From: Acidobacteriota bacterium
Lineage (GTDB): Bacteria > Acidobacteriota > UBA6911 > RPQK01 > JAJDTT01
Assembly (NCBI GenBank): GCA_965263035.1
Contig: OZ253580.1
Location: 1,920,001 to 1,984,000, forward strand
DNA: 64,000 bases
Direction of reading: 5' to 3'
Below, one piece after another: positions 10,171-20,262 of this stretch (the stretch's first letter is position 1; every line of letters begins with the position of its first letter). The notes below the pieces were generated by a model. It ran no database searches and was not told the origin of the DNA. It saw nothing but the letters and a program-made list of their open reading frames with translations. A program made the position numbers and the translations under genes.

Positions 10171-11571
10171 ATGTCCCGCATGATTTCCCGGCGCCGGTTT
10201 CTTCAGCTGGCTGCCCAGGGGACGGTCAGTTGCTCCGCGATCCGCGGTACCGTCTCGGCCCTCACCGCAGAATCGGCCGTGGAGCACCTGCTCTGCATGC
10301 CGCCCCACCAATTGGCCAAACTGGAAGAAGCCCGCAAGCGGGGGTTGATGGAACTCGCTCCCGTCAGTCTTCCTCCCGATCCAGGCGCTCTCAACAACCA
10401 CTTCGGATGGCCCGTCGCCGCCCGAACAGGCGACACGCTCATCGTGGTGCACCGCCGGATTCCGGGACATTGGAAGGGACTGGAGCGCACCGACGACCGG
10501 CACAGCTACACCATGGTGGTGCGATCGACGGACGGCGGGAAGACCTGGACCGAGCCTTTCGACCTGCGCCAGGTGATGAGGAGGGAAGACCGCTACCGCG
10601 GCGGTCACATCCCGCTGGCCCACCGCTACAAGTTCGCCCGCGACCAGGATCCGACGCTCGGCTACAAGATCCACCTGAACGCCATTGGGACCACGGCGGA
10701 CGGCGGAGTGGTCCTGGTGAGCGACCACGGCGTCTTTCGCAGCGACGACCGGGGCAGGAACTGGGTCCATTTCTCCCGGGCCATGAGGGAGGACACCACT
10801 CCGGGTCCGGTGCTCTACATCGGTCCGCGCCTGTTCGAGCACCCGGCCTACGGACTCGTGGTGGCGGGACACTCCAACCTGGTGACCGATCAGTACAAGG
10901 AGGGATTGCATCCGCCGGACACGACGGGCGGAAGTGTCCGCATCGCCGACAAGATCCACTTCCGCTACTCACGAGACGGAGGACGGACCTGGGCCGAGGA
11001 GGAGCAGTCTCTGCCCTCCTTCGTGCGTCCCGCCGAGCCGGTCGCCCTGCTGCACGGGAACCGGCTGGCCATCGTGACCCGCAGCTACGATCCCGCCTCC
11101 TACGACGAGGGGACGGACACCTCGGTCTACGCGCAACTCTGGTCCGAGCGAGGCTGGCTTCCCCTCAAATCCAGGCATTCCGGTATCCGCGTCGCCGGCA
11201 GGCGTGGACGGCAGGATACGGCCGACATCGATTTCAATCCGGTCACCGGAAGGATCGAGGCGGTGGTGTCGGCGCGGGCGGGCAGCGGGCCGGGACGTCC
11301 CCACCCGGGGAAGATGTCCCTGAACCTCTGGAGCATCGACCCGGGGGACTTCTTCTCGGGAAGCTCTCGCTGGCGCTTCGACTGCGCGCTCTTCGCGCGC
11401 CGGGAGGCACTGGGCAGGATCGACGGCCTCCACCCGGGAGCTTCCGTCATCGATTCCGAGCGCGGCGTCCAGCACATCTTCGTCTACCTGGGCTATCCGG
11501 CCGGTCCGGCCGGCGTCTTCCGGCTGACGCGCACGCTCGATACCGTCGCCCTGAAGGCCTTCCTGGGCTGA
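10171..11571 (+). CDS. Tat-exported BNR/Asp-box (sialidase-like) protein
   Basis: SRRRFL Tat motif. Asp-boxes STDGGKTW, SDDRGRNW and SRDGGRTW. Confidence 0.82.
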   Translation: MSRMISRRRFLQLAAQGTVSCSAIRGTVSALTAESAVEHLLCMPPHQLAKLEEARKRGLMELAPVSLPPDPGALNNHFGWPVAARTGDTLIVVHRRIPGHWKGLERTDDRHSYTMVVRSTDGGKTWTEPFDLRQVMRREDRYRGGHIPLAHRYKFARDQDPTLGYKIHLNAIGTTADGGVVLVSDHGVFRSDDRGRNWVHFSRAMREDTTPGPVLYIGPRLFEHPAYGLVVAGHSNLVTDQYKEGLHPPDTTGGSVRIADKIHFRYSRDGGRTWAEEEQSLPSFVRPAEPVALLHGNRLAIVTRSYDPASYDEGTDTSVYAQLWSERGWLPLKSRHSGIRVAGRRGRQDTADIDFNPVTGRIEAVVSARAGSGPGRPHPGKMSLNLWSIDPGDFFSGSSRWRFDCALFARREALGRIDGLHPGASVIDSERGVQHIFVYLGYPAGPAGVFRLTRTLDTVALKAFLG

Positions 11572-11610
11572 CGGATTGGTTCCGGCGGCGAACGGATCTC
11601 GGCGCGGGAG

Positions 11611-12339
11611 TCACTTCTTCCTGGGCTTCGACGGGCGCATCTCGACCCGGCTGACCAGGCACCGCGGATGTTGGGTCAGGATGCCGATGACCACCTCCGC
11701 CACGTCCTCGGGAGCCAGCTTCCACGAATCTCCGCTCCCGTCCTGCGACGACCGCGACTTGGTGTTGACGCTCCCCGGCATGATGTAGGCGACGCGGATG
11801 TCGTCGTGCCGGACCTCCTCCATCAGAGCTTCGCTCAATCCCGTCAACCCGAACTTGGAGGCGTTGTAGGCCGATCCTCCGGCGAAGGCGTTCTTGCCGG
11901 CGAGGCTGCTGATGTTGATGATGAACCCGCCGCCGGTCTTCTTCATCTCCGGGACCGCGAAGTGACAGCCGTAGAAGACACCGTCCAGATTGGTGCCGAT
12001 GGTGGTCCGCCACTCCTCCACCGTCATCTCCTCAACGCTCTTGAAGGCGCGCAAAGCGGCGGCATTGTTGATCAGAATGTCGATCCGCCCGAGCCGGGCG
12101 ACACTGGAACGGATGAGCGCCCGGACCTGCTCCGGTTCCCTGACGTCACAGGTTTGTCCCAGGACCGATCCCGTGCCGCTGCCGCGGAGCGAATCGACCG
12201 CCGCTTCGACGTCTTTTCCGTTGCGGGCGCAGATCATCACTCCCGCACCCGCGCGAACCAGGGCTCGGGCCACGGCGTACCCGATCCCTCGCGAACCGCC
12301 CGTCACCACAGCCCGTTTGCTCGAAAGTGTCATCGTCAT
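11611..12339 (-). CDS. Short-chain dehydrogenase/reductase (SDR)
   Basis: TGGSRGIG, NNAA, INISS and YNASK motifs. Start set to ATG 12339. Confidence 0.92.
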   Translation of the reverse strand: MTMTLSSKRAVVTGGSRGIGYAVARALVRAGAGVMICARNGKDVEAAVDSLRGSGTGSVLGQTCDVREPEQVRALIRSSVARLGRIDILINNAAALRAFKSVEEMTVEEWRTTIGTNLDGVFYGCHFAVPEMKKTGGGFIINISSLAGKNAFAGGSAYNASKFGLTGLSEALMEEVRHDDIRVAYIMPGSVNTKSRSSQDGSGDSWKLAPEDVAEVVIGILTQHPRCLVSRVEMRPSKPRKK

Positions 12340-12535
12340 AAGGAACTCCAGAAACCGCGAAACCGTCCCGGCTGACCTGACCGCCGGCCGCCACCGTCTT
12401 CCATAGTAGTATAGACCGCACTTTTTGAGAGCCGCAGACCCGGCGCCATGGTCGATTGGACGGGACAAGCGTCGGCGGCTGGACAGCCGCCATTCCCGAC
12501 TCGCCCTCCGCGGTCTATTGGAAAGGACGGCTCAC

Positions 12536-13657
12536 ATGGATCGGCGACACTTCCTGACCACCTCCAGCAGCTTGGCGGCGATTTCGGCGCTCGCGGCTTG
12601 CGGCCCTCCCGGGGCTTCACCCACCGGCGCCAAGGCGATCCGGAAGCCTTTGAAGATGCACGTCGGGACCCAACGCTCCAGCACCACTCCCGAGATGCTC
12701 CAGTTCTTCAAACGCCATGGCGTCGATCACTGCTGCGGCTGGCCTCCGGTCAAGGAGGGGGAACCCCGGCGAGACTGGGAGTTCGACGAGATCGCCCAAC
12801 AGAAGGAACTCTGCGCCCGGCACGGTCTCAGCATGGACATGATCGGGGTGCCCTTCATGACGCCCCTTCACATCGACCGGAACCCGCGGGCCGGCATACT
12901 CCTCGGCGAGAACCCGGACCGCGACCGGGAGATCGAGTACGTCCGGAATCTCATCGTCGCCTGCGACCGGGCCGAAGTTCCCTGCTTCAAGTACAACCTG
13001 CGCATTCTGGGGACCATGCGCACCGGACGCACACCCGGAGGCCGGGGCGGGTCCTCCTACAGCACCTGGAAGCTGAATGAGGCCCGGCAGGAACCGCCGC
13101 TGACCCGGGCGGGACCGGTGCCTGCCGAGGTGTTCTGGGAACGGATCGACTACTTCCTGGAGCGGGTGATCCCGGTGTGCAACGAATACCGGGTCCGTGC
13201 CGCCTGTCATCCGCACGATCCGGGCGTCCCGCCCGAGGGCTTTCAGGGCGTGGACCGGGTGTTGGGAACCCCCGAAGGGCTAAAGAAATTCGTGTCGCTG
13301 CACGAGAGTCCCTTCCACGGCCTGAATCTCTGCCTGGGGACCACCGCCGAGATGCTCCGCGATCCGAACCGGGAGATCCATGACATCGTCCGCTACTTCG
13401 GAGAACTCGGGAAGATCTTCAACATCCACTTCCGCAACATCCGCGGCGGACGGGACGACTTCATGGAGGTGTGGCCGGACGAAGGGGACATGAACATGGT
13501 GGAGCTGGCCCTGACGCTGGCCCGGGTGGACTATCCCTACATGGTGATGCCCGACCACGTGCCGCTCCACCCGGACGATCCCGGCGCCAAGCAAGGGTTC
13601 GCCTTCGGATACGGCTATATCAAGGCCATTCTGCAGACGATCGAACTCCTCGCCTGA
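12536..13657 (+). CDS. uxuA: Mannonate dehydratase (UxuA) family protein with Tat/lipoprotein-like signal
   Basis: YFLERVIPV, CHPHDP, HGLNLCLGT, IHFRNI, DEGDMNM and MPDHVP motifs. N-terminus MDRRHFL..LAACG. Confidence 0.82.
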   Translation: MDRRHFLTTSSSLAAISALAACGPPGASPTGAKAIRKPLKMHVGTQRSSTTPEMLQFFKRHGVDHCCGWPPVKEGEPRRDWEFDEIAQQKELCARHGLSMDMIGVPFMTPLHIDRNPRAGILLGENPDRDREIEYVRNLIVACDRAEVPCFKYNLRILGTMRTGRTPGGRGGSSYSTWKLNEARQEPPLTRAGPVPAEVFWERIDYFLERVIPVCNEYRVRAACHPHDPGVPPEGFQGVDRVLGTPEGLKKFVSLHESPFHGLNLCLGTTAEMLRDPNREIHDIVRYFGELGKIFNIHFRNIRGGRDDFMEVWPDEGDMNMVELALTLARVDYPYMVMPDHVPLHPDDPGAKQGFAFGYGYIKAILQTIELLA

Positions 13658-13680
13658 GGGGAAAGGAGGCAACGGAGTCC

Positions 13681-13704
13681 GGCGGCAAGAAAGCCGCCGC
13701 TCCC
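13681..13704. repeat. REP-like palindrome between convergent genes
   Basis: GGCGGCAAGAAAGCCGCCGCTCC; its reverse complement recurs near 49722-49744. Confidence 0.6.
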
Positions 13705-13709
13705 AGCGG

Positions 13710-15965
13710 CTAGGAAGGCGTCGCTCCCGGCGGCTGGCGGGAGGAGAACCGGCGCAAGACGTTGTCGGTGATGCGCGACACCACGTTGTCGTAACCGTTG
13801 TAGGAAAGGCTGCCGCACCAGGCGATCGATCCCACCGAGAAGACGGCTCCGCCGCGGGGCCCTTCGAAGTAGACCATGTCCGATCGGATCAGCGGGCTCT
13901 TGTCGCCGAACAGAGGACCGCTCAGATCGTGGAGATCTTCCAGCACGCACTGGTAACCGGCGGAGTGGCCGAAAGAGGTCGCCAGCACCAGGGCGTGGGC
14001 CGGACTGCCCAGATCCAGATCGAATCGATCGAGCTCAAAACCGGCGGCGCCATATCGGAAGGCCAGTGATTCGAAGTCGCCGATCAGCTCGTCCGCGCCG
14101 ATCCCCTCGAAGATGAAGGCGGCCCTGGGGTCGAAGCTGTCCGGCCGGCGGCGATAGGGACGGCCCGTTCCCGTCCCCTGGGACGCCATTCCCACGCCGA
14201 CCAGCTTCTGCGGCGCCCGGTTCCGGAAGCGCCAGAGGCCGCCGAGTTCACCCGTCGTACTGTGATAGTACTGCCCCGGTTCGGCCTCGCAGCTTCTGGT
14301 GCCGGCCCAGCGTCGCACTTCGATGACGTGGGACCGCTCGGGATCGACGGTGGTCACCCAGTAGAAGCCGTTTCCCCCCAGGTACATGAAGCGTCCTCCC
14401 CGAGCCTGGTACGCCTGTAGGGCGTCGCTCATCCGCCGGGTCCAATATTCGGGGTGGGTGCCGCTGACGATGACCCTGTAGGGCGAGAGCAGTTCGACAC
14501 CTTCGTGATGCAGGTCCTCGTCGGTGATCACGTCGTAGCGGTGCGACTTGGCCTCCAGCCAGTCCACCAGGTGGAGGTCGGCGCTGAACTGATGGGGTGA
14601 ACCTGCACCCAGGGAGAGCGGGGGCAGACGGTGTCCCGGCCTCATGTTGACGATGGGCCTGAGGCGGGAAGAGTAATGGACGCTGCTCCCGTCGGTATGC
14701 AGATCGTACAGGCTGTGGAGCCGTTCATTGACGATGAACTGGTCCGCGGGCCGTGAAGAGCCGGGCTTCAGGCCCTTGACCTCCATCCGGTCCGGGTTGT
14801 TGAACTTCTGGTTGGCGTAGGCGAGATAGCTGAAGGTGGGCGCCAGGAAGGCAATGTCGGCAGTCCTGGTGCCTTGCCGGGGCCGGACGAAGAAGGGGAT
14901 ATGGTCCTCGGCGTCCGAGGCGGTCAACCTGGCGGCGTAGACACCGCTGGGGAGGTCTCTCGGGACCGCAAACTCGAAGTCGACGTCCCACCCGGCATCC
15001 TCCAGGTCGTCGTCATGGAAGTGGATCGCCCCGTATTCGTCGGGAGCCGCCTTGAAATCGACTTCGTCGCCGGTCCAGTCGTGGCCGGTCACGGCTCTCG
15101 CCGGCAGGTTCACGGTGTGTCCGTGCAGGCCGTGCGGACCCGTGTCCGTGACCGCTCGTCCCGAAGGGCCGAGGGAGAAATCCCAGGCCGCAAGCAAACC
15201 CTCACGGGCGGCGCCAGGCGCCCAGCCCCGCTTGAGCCCCTCGATCCCACCGGGCTCCAGGGCCCGTCCGTAAAGGCAGGGACCGTCGATCTTGCCGTTG
15301 AAATGCCCCGTCACCTGCGCCCGGGATCCGTCCGGCCGCTTCCAGCAGGCTCCCATCAGGAGGGGGAAGGAACGGGCAACGATGCCGCCCCCCGCGGCCG
15401 GGTCGCTCACCACCGCTCCCGACCGATCTCCCGGCCATCGGGTGAGGGGCTCCTGCCAGAGCCGCACGCTGCCTTTGGCGGCGTCCCAGGTGGCCGCCAC
15501 GAAGTACCATTGCGACGGCGTCAGCGCCGCATCGGTCCGGAATTTCTCCACCCGGCCGTGTCCGTCGCCAATCCACAAACTCAGCCCCCGGTCCCCGTCG
15601 ATGAACAGGCCGTAACCAGCCTGATCCGATTCGGACCATTGGGTCAGAATCCCCTGCCCCGCCTTGTCCGGTGTCGTGGGACGGATCCAGGCCTGAACCG
15701 TGAACCCGTTCGCGAAGTCGAGGGCCGACGGATCGGGGACCATGAGATACGAGCCGCGATGGAGCTCCTGGACCCGGCCCGGGTACTCCCCGTTCGCGGG
15801 AGCCGCCACCGGCTCGGACTTGACGCCGGGCCCCTTGGGGTTGTCGTCGCCGTGAATCAGACGCACGATCTCGGCCCGATAGGCGGACGCTTGGCAACTG
15901 ACCATGAACCGGACCGTCTCGCCCTGCTGGACGCTGAGCCGGTCGCCGTAGCCGACAATCTTCAT
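13710..15965 (-). CDS. N,N-dimethylformamidase large (beta) subunit family protein with LamG-like insert
   Basis: GYGDRLSV, AIHFHDDDLEDAGW, TFSYLAYAN, SLYDLHTDGS, GTHPEYWT, MYLGGNGFYW and GAVFSVGSIAWCGSL. Confidence 0.88.
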   Translation of the reverse strand: MKIVGYGDRLSVQQGETVRFMVSCQASAYRAEIVRLIHGDDNPKGPGVKSEPVAAPANGEYPGRVQELHRGSYLMVPDPSALDFANGFTVQAWIRPTTPDKAGQGILTQWSESDQAGYGLFIDGDRGLSLWIGDGHGRVEKFRTDAALTPSQWYFVAATWDAAKGSVRLWQEPLTRWPGDRSGAVVSDPAAGGGIVARSFPLLMGACWKRPDGSRAQVTGHFNGKIDGPCLYGRALEPGGIEGLKRGWAPGAAREGLLAAWDFSLGPSGRAVTDTGPHGLHGHTVNLPARAVTGHDWTGDEVDFKAAPDEYGAIHFHDDDLEDAGWDVDFEFAVPRDLPSGVYAARLTASDAEDHIPFFVRPRQGTRTADIAFLAPTFSYLAYANQKFNNPDRMEVKGLKPGSSRPADQFIVNERLHSLYDLHTDGSSVHYSSRLRPIVNMRPGHRLPPLSLGAGSPHQFSADLHLVDWLEAKSHRYDVITDEDLHHEGVELLSPYRVIVSGTHPEYWTRRMSDALQAYQARGGRFMYLGGNGFYWVTTVDPERSHVIEVRRWAGTRSCEAEPGQYYHSTTGELGGLWRFRNRAPQKLVGVGMASQGTGTGRPYRRRPDSFDPRAAFIFEGIGADELIGDFESLAFRYGAAGFELDRFDLDLGSPAHALVLATSFGHSAGYQCVLEDLHDLSGPLFGDKSPLIRSDMVYFEGPRGGAVFSVGSIAWCGSLSYNGYDNVVSRITDNVLRRFSSRQPPGATPS

Positions 15966-16097
15966 TCGGACCTCTCCGCTCTCACGTTGACATCCCCCAG
16001 CGCGGGGCGTCTAATGTGGATCAGTTTCATAAAAGGGGTCGTGAATAACCACGACTCGTCCGACCCCAATTCCATTTGGTTCAGGAAGGTTAGCACA

Positions 16098-17114
16098 ATG
16101 GCAGAAGCGAAAGGCAAGCTGAAACGGGATCGTTTCTACACCGAAGACGACGCCGACCTCGGGCTGATCAAGGACCGTCCGATCGCGGTTCTTGGCTACG
16201 GCAGCCAGGGGCACGCCCAGGCCCAGAACATGAGGGACCAGGGTCTCGACGTGATCATCGGCAACGTCGAAGACCGCTTCGCGGAACAGGCCCGGGGCGA
16301 CGGGTTCGAAGTCGTTCCCATCGCCGAAGCCGTCCAGCGCGGCCGGGTGATCCTGATGCTGATTCCCGACGAGGTGCAGCCCGCCGTCTACAGGACCGAC
16401 ATCGGACCGCACCTGACCCCGGACCACACGCTGGTGTTCGCCAGCGGATACGCCGTGCATTTCGGACTCATCACCCCGCCCGACTTCCTGGACGTGATTC
16501 TGGCCGTTCCCACCTGCGTGGGAGCCATCGTCCGTGAACGCTATGCCCGGGGCCAAGGAGTCTTCGGTCACTTCGGCGTCCACCAGGACGTTACGGGACA
16601 GGCCCACGATCTCGCCCTGGCGGTCGCCATGGGGATCGGCATCCTGCGCTTCGGCGCCACCGAAACCACGTTCGGCGACGAGGTCGCGGTCAATCTGTTC
16701 GCCGAGACCGCGGGCCTGAGCGGCATGATCAAATACCTCCTGACCGCCTTCGAGGTCCTGGTGGAAGCCGGCTTTTCGGCCGAGAAGGCCTACGGCGAGA
16801 CCTTCTACGAGATTCAGTTCCTCACCGAGTCCATATGCCGAATGCCCTTCGGCCAGGCGGTCGCCTTCGGATCGCCCACCGCCACCTACCTGGCGCTGAC
16901 CAAGACCGGCGACGTGGTCACCGAGGACGTTCGGGAGCGGATGCACCAGATGCTGACCCGCATCCAGGCCGGTGAGCTGGTGCGCGACTGGAACCTGGAG
17001 CAGCTGGCCGGCTGCCCGGTCCTGAACCAGTGCCGGCGGCAGATCCTGGAACACCCCATCAGCGAGGTGGAGCAACTCTTTCTGGAGAGGAAGATGGCGT
17101 CGGGCGGCGTCTAG
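16098..17114 (+). CDS. ilvC: Ketol-acid reductoisomerase-like protein (divergent class I KARI paralogue)
   Basis: ATG 16098; IAVLGYGSQGHAQAQNMRDQG and LIPDEVQ. Several active-site motifs deviate from the canonical enzyme (see findings). Confidence 0.78.
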   Translation: MAEAKGKLKRDRFYTEDDADLGLIKDRPIAVLGYGSQGHAQAQNMRDQGLDVIIGNVEDRFAEQARGDGFEVVPIAEAVQRGRVILMLIPDEVQPAVYRTDIGPHLTPDHTLVFASGYAVHFGLITPPDFLDVILAVPTCVGAIVRERYARGQGVFGHFGVHQDVTGQAHDLALAVAMGIGILRFGATETTFGDEVAVNLFAETAGLSGMIKYLLTAFEVLVEAGFSAEKAYGETFYEIQFLTESICRMPFGQAVAFGSPTATYLALTKTGDVVTEDVRERMHQMLTRIQAGELVRDWNLEQLAGCPVLNQCRRQILEHPISEVEQLFLERKMASGGV

Positions 17115-17189
17115 ACGTGGGTCTTGGTCCCCCATCGCATCCACTCTACCGGCGTCCTGATCGACCTGTAACCCGGTCCTGGTTTCGGA

Positions 17190-18275
17190 TCAGGGCGTGC
17201 TTCCCCAAACCTCGGCCAAATGGCCGCTCCACCCCAGGATGAACATCGCAGAAATCAGGATCATGACGGCGATGCCCATGACTTCGAGCGGTTTCCTGCC
17301 GCTCCCGGCCCATTCGCCGCTGAGCGCGCCCCAGAGATTGGCGCTCAGGATTCCCATCGAGGAGAGCATGGGGAAGCCGATCACCTCACCCAGGTTGCCG
17401 ATCTTCCAGGTGCCGACCCCGTAAAGCAGCAGCCCCATGGGGCCCAGGAGTCCCATGCCCAGGCCGATGACGTAGTCCCGGGAGGGTGGCAAGAACAGCC
17501 CCCAGGTCTTTTTCTTGGTGATGACGTAGGCGCAGTAGGCCGCATTGACCAGGGAGCCGGCCGTCATCCCGATGGCCCAGATCACGTTCAGGGCCAGAAA
17601 GGGAAGGGTGCCGCGTTGCTCGGCCAGTTCCGCCAAGGGAGCCCCGTAGGCGAAACTCAGATTGATCATGGGGTTGAGGAGGCCTGAAAGAACGGCCGCG
17701 ATCACGCCGTACTTGACGTGAATGTCGAGCCGCCACTGCTTGACCTCGCCGCCCGCCGAGCCGGCGTCCGCCGGGGCCATGTGTTTGTCCTTGAGGTGCC
17801 CGGCCCAGGAACAGAACACGACTCCCACCACCGCCAGCAGGACGCCGCCCATGATGATCCGTCCCTGCATGGTGAAGACATCGTCGGGGTGGAGCAGCAC
17901 CAGGGGAGACAGGGACCCGACCGCCGCCCCCAACCCGGTGGCGATGGCGTAACTCAGGCCCATGCCCGCCATCTTCAGGGCGAGTCCGAAGAAGACTGCC
18001 CCGAATCCGAATCCGAAACCGAAGATGAAGACCCGGAAGATATCGAGGCCGGACGCTTCCGCCAGCACGCCCATGAAGTCGTTGACCGTGAAAAAACTCA
18101 GGATCCAGGGAATGAAGCAGAAGGAGATGACCGAATACACCATCCAGAGGTGCTCCCACCTCCAGACCCGGATCCACTTCAGGGCCAGCCCGAGCCCGCC
18201 GTCAATGAAGGCGCCCAGGGAGATCAGGGCAATGCCGGCAACGATATGGGCGGAGTCACCGAACATTTCAATCAC
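17190..18275 (-). CDS. rhaT: L-rhamnose/proton symporter RhaT family transporter
   Basis: WRWEHLW, GMGLSYAIATG and ANLWGALSGEW motifs; about 10 hydrophobic segments. The substrate is not established. Confidence 0.8.
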   Translation of the reverse strand: MIEMFGDSAHIVAGIALISLGAFIDGGLGLALKWIRVWRWEHLWMVYSVISFCFIPWILSFFTVNDFMGVLAEASGLDIFRVFIFGFGFGFGAVFFGLALKMAGMGLSYAIATGLGAAVGSLSPLVLLHPDDVFTMQGRIIMGGVLLAVVGVVFCSWAGHLKDKHMAPADAGSAGGEVKQWRLDIHVKYGVIAAVLSGLLNPMINLSFAYGAPLAELAEQRGTLPFLALNVIWAIGMTAGSLVNAAYCAYVITKKKTWGLFLPPSRDYVIGLGMGLLGPMGLLLYGVGTWKIGNLGEVIGFPMLSSMGILSANLWGALSGEWAGSGRKPLEVMGIAVMILISAMFILGWSGHLAEVWGSTP

Positions 18276-18780
18276 CTGCTTTCAGACTCGCCCGGGTGGG
18301 AAGGGCTTGGGATCACGAACGCCGCCGCACGATGCGGCCGGTCACGATGGTCAGAAGTCTACATGGAGGATCGAGGAAAGAGAAAAAAGAAAAGAGGAAA
18401 GAGAGAAGAGTATTAGGACAAAGACCGGTACGTGCCCCTGGGGGCGCCCCATGTGGGTGCCATCGTTCACTCACCGCGCATCTAAATTCGATTCCTGGTT
18501 CCTCGGAACAGGTGTTTTTTACTATAAATAGCGAAAACACAGCCAGTTTTTACTATTGACAGACAATTTGGCTGAAGAAGAGAGGAACGACCGCGTTACG
18601 GTCGGCGTGGGACCTCCCTGCTGATTCGATGATGCGTTGGGAGGCCGGCGGGTCGAAAGGCGCCGCTCCCAAGGTTGGAAAGCGTTTTCACGCGATGATT
18701 CGCAATTCCCCGGCTCGGGGGTTTCCGATCTGCAATACTGGGGAAACCGACAACCGGCCCGCCGCACTGGAGGACGAGGA

Positions 18781-20085
18781 TTGGGTTCCAGCTACCGACT
18801 GACCCGGCGCGAACTGCTCAGACGCGGGGTCATGACCGCGGGAACGGCGGCGGCGGTGCCCTTCGTGGACGGTTGCGGGCCGGACGGCGACCCCAACCGG
18901 CTCACCCTCCGAACCTGGAGTCCGGACACCCGGGACGCGGCGCTGGCTTCGGAGAGGTGGTGGCATGACGCCTTCATGGCCGCCCATCCTCAGTTACGCG
19001 TGGAGCAGCTGACGGTCCCCTACGACGAGGACACGATCAAGCTCAAGGCCGCGCACCGGGCCGGGACCAGCGTCCCGGACATCCTCTGGACCTACAATCA
19101 GAACCTCTACGCCTACGGCCTCGAAGGGCTGGTCCGCCCCATCAACGACCTCATGTCCCGAATCGGCCTGGACCGGTTCCCACAGCAGGTTCTGGACGGG
19201 ATCCGGGTGGACGGGACCTACTATTCCGTTCCCTTCGTCGGCTTCCCCTTTTTCATCTACTGCCGGAAGGACCTCTACGCCGCCAAGGGACTGCGTCCCC
19301 CCGAAACGCATGAGGAGTTGCTGGAGAACGTGGCCGCCCTCCACGATCCACCCGACCGCTACGGCTACCTGCTGACGAACCAGTACATCGCCGACACCTT
19401 CAACCTCAAGACGGCCATGTGGACCCACGGAGCCTATTTCTTCGACGCCGGGGACAACCTGGCGCTGGACCGGCCCGAGACGCTCCGCGCCTGGGCCTTC
19501 TACAAGGAGCTGGGGAAATACTCCCCGCCCGGTTCGATGGCCCAGGGCGACCTGGAGAGCCGGGAGCTGATGCTGGACGGCCGGGTGGCCCACATGTTCA
19601 CCACCACCAGCTTCGCCGCCGACTTCGCCCCCGAGGACATGATCCGTCAGGGGGCATTCGTGTACCCCATCCAGCCCGGGGCCAAGGGAGCGTCCCTGGA
19701 CTTCAATGCGCTCTCCCTGCCGACCCGGTCGAGGCAACCCGAATTGGCCAAGGACATGATCGGATTCCTCCTGGAGCCGGAGAACTTCCAGGAGTTCCTG
19801 ACCCGAACCGTGGTGGGATGGGTTCCCATGCTGGAAGACGCCTGGACCGGCCGGTATCTGAATCACCCCCGGATCGCGGCGGTGAGGGAGTACCTGGAAG
19901 TGGGCCGGATTTCGCAGAAGACCGGGATCGTCTCCACCGGGTATTTCGGTCCTTCCCGGCACTCCGGAGTCCTGATCGCCACCGACGTCGAAAAACAGAT
20001 CGGGGACCGCCTGGTGGTCTTCGACCAGAGTCCCGAGGAGGTCCTGGAATGGGCCGACTCGGTGCTGCGGAAAGCACTTGCCTAG
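18781..20085 (+). CDS. Sugar ABC transporter substrate-binding lipoprotein (Tat signal; start uncertain)
   Basis: TRRELL..VDGC signal; DGTYYSVPF and YCRKDLY motifs; first gene of an ABC operon. Confidence 0.85.
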   Translation: MGSSYRLTRRELLRRGVMTAGTAAAVPFVDGCGPDGDPNRLTLRTWSPDTRDAALASERWWHDAFMAAHPQLRVEQLTVPYDEDTIKLKAAHRAGTSVPDILWTYNQNLYAYGLEGLVRPINDLMSRIGLDRFPQQVLDGIRVDGTYYSVPFVGFPFFIYCRKDLYAAKGLRPPETHEELLENVAALHDPPDRYGYLLTNQYIADTFNLKTAMWTHGAYFFDAGDNLALDRPETLRAWAFYKELGKYSPPGSMAQGDLESRELMLDGRVAHMFTTTSFAADFAPEDMIRQGAFVYPIQPGAKGASLDFNALSLPTRSRQPELAKDMIGFLLEPENFQEFLTRTVVGWVPMLEDAWTGRYLNHPRIAAVREYLEVGRISQKTGIVSTGYFGPSRHSGVLIATDVEKQIGDRLVVFDQSPEEVLEWADSVLRKALA

Positions 20086-20243
20086 GAGTCTGCGCCGTAG
20101 GAATGATCGTAGCGAGAAAGTGGGGAATCGAGGCCAGATTTTCTCGATTTGGAGGTGCATAGTCGTTCTATTCGCCGAGAAATCGAGGAAATATGGACCG
20201 ATTCACCGCTTTCGCAGTAGATCAATTTCTGCGGCGCAGGCTC
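20086..20243 (+). mobile_element. MITE family B, copy 1 (158 bp, CTAG TSD)
   Basis: Ends GAGTCTGCGC..GCGCAGGCTC, flanked by CTAG at 20082-85 and 20244-47. An inverted near-copy lies at 49879-50037. Confidence 0.9.
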
Positions 20244-20262
20244 CTAGAGTTTCGGATCCTGG

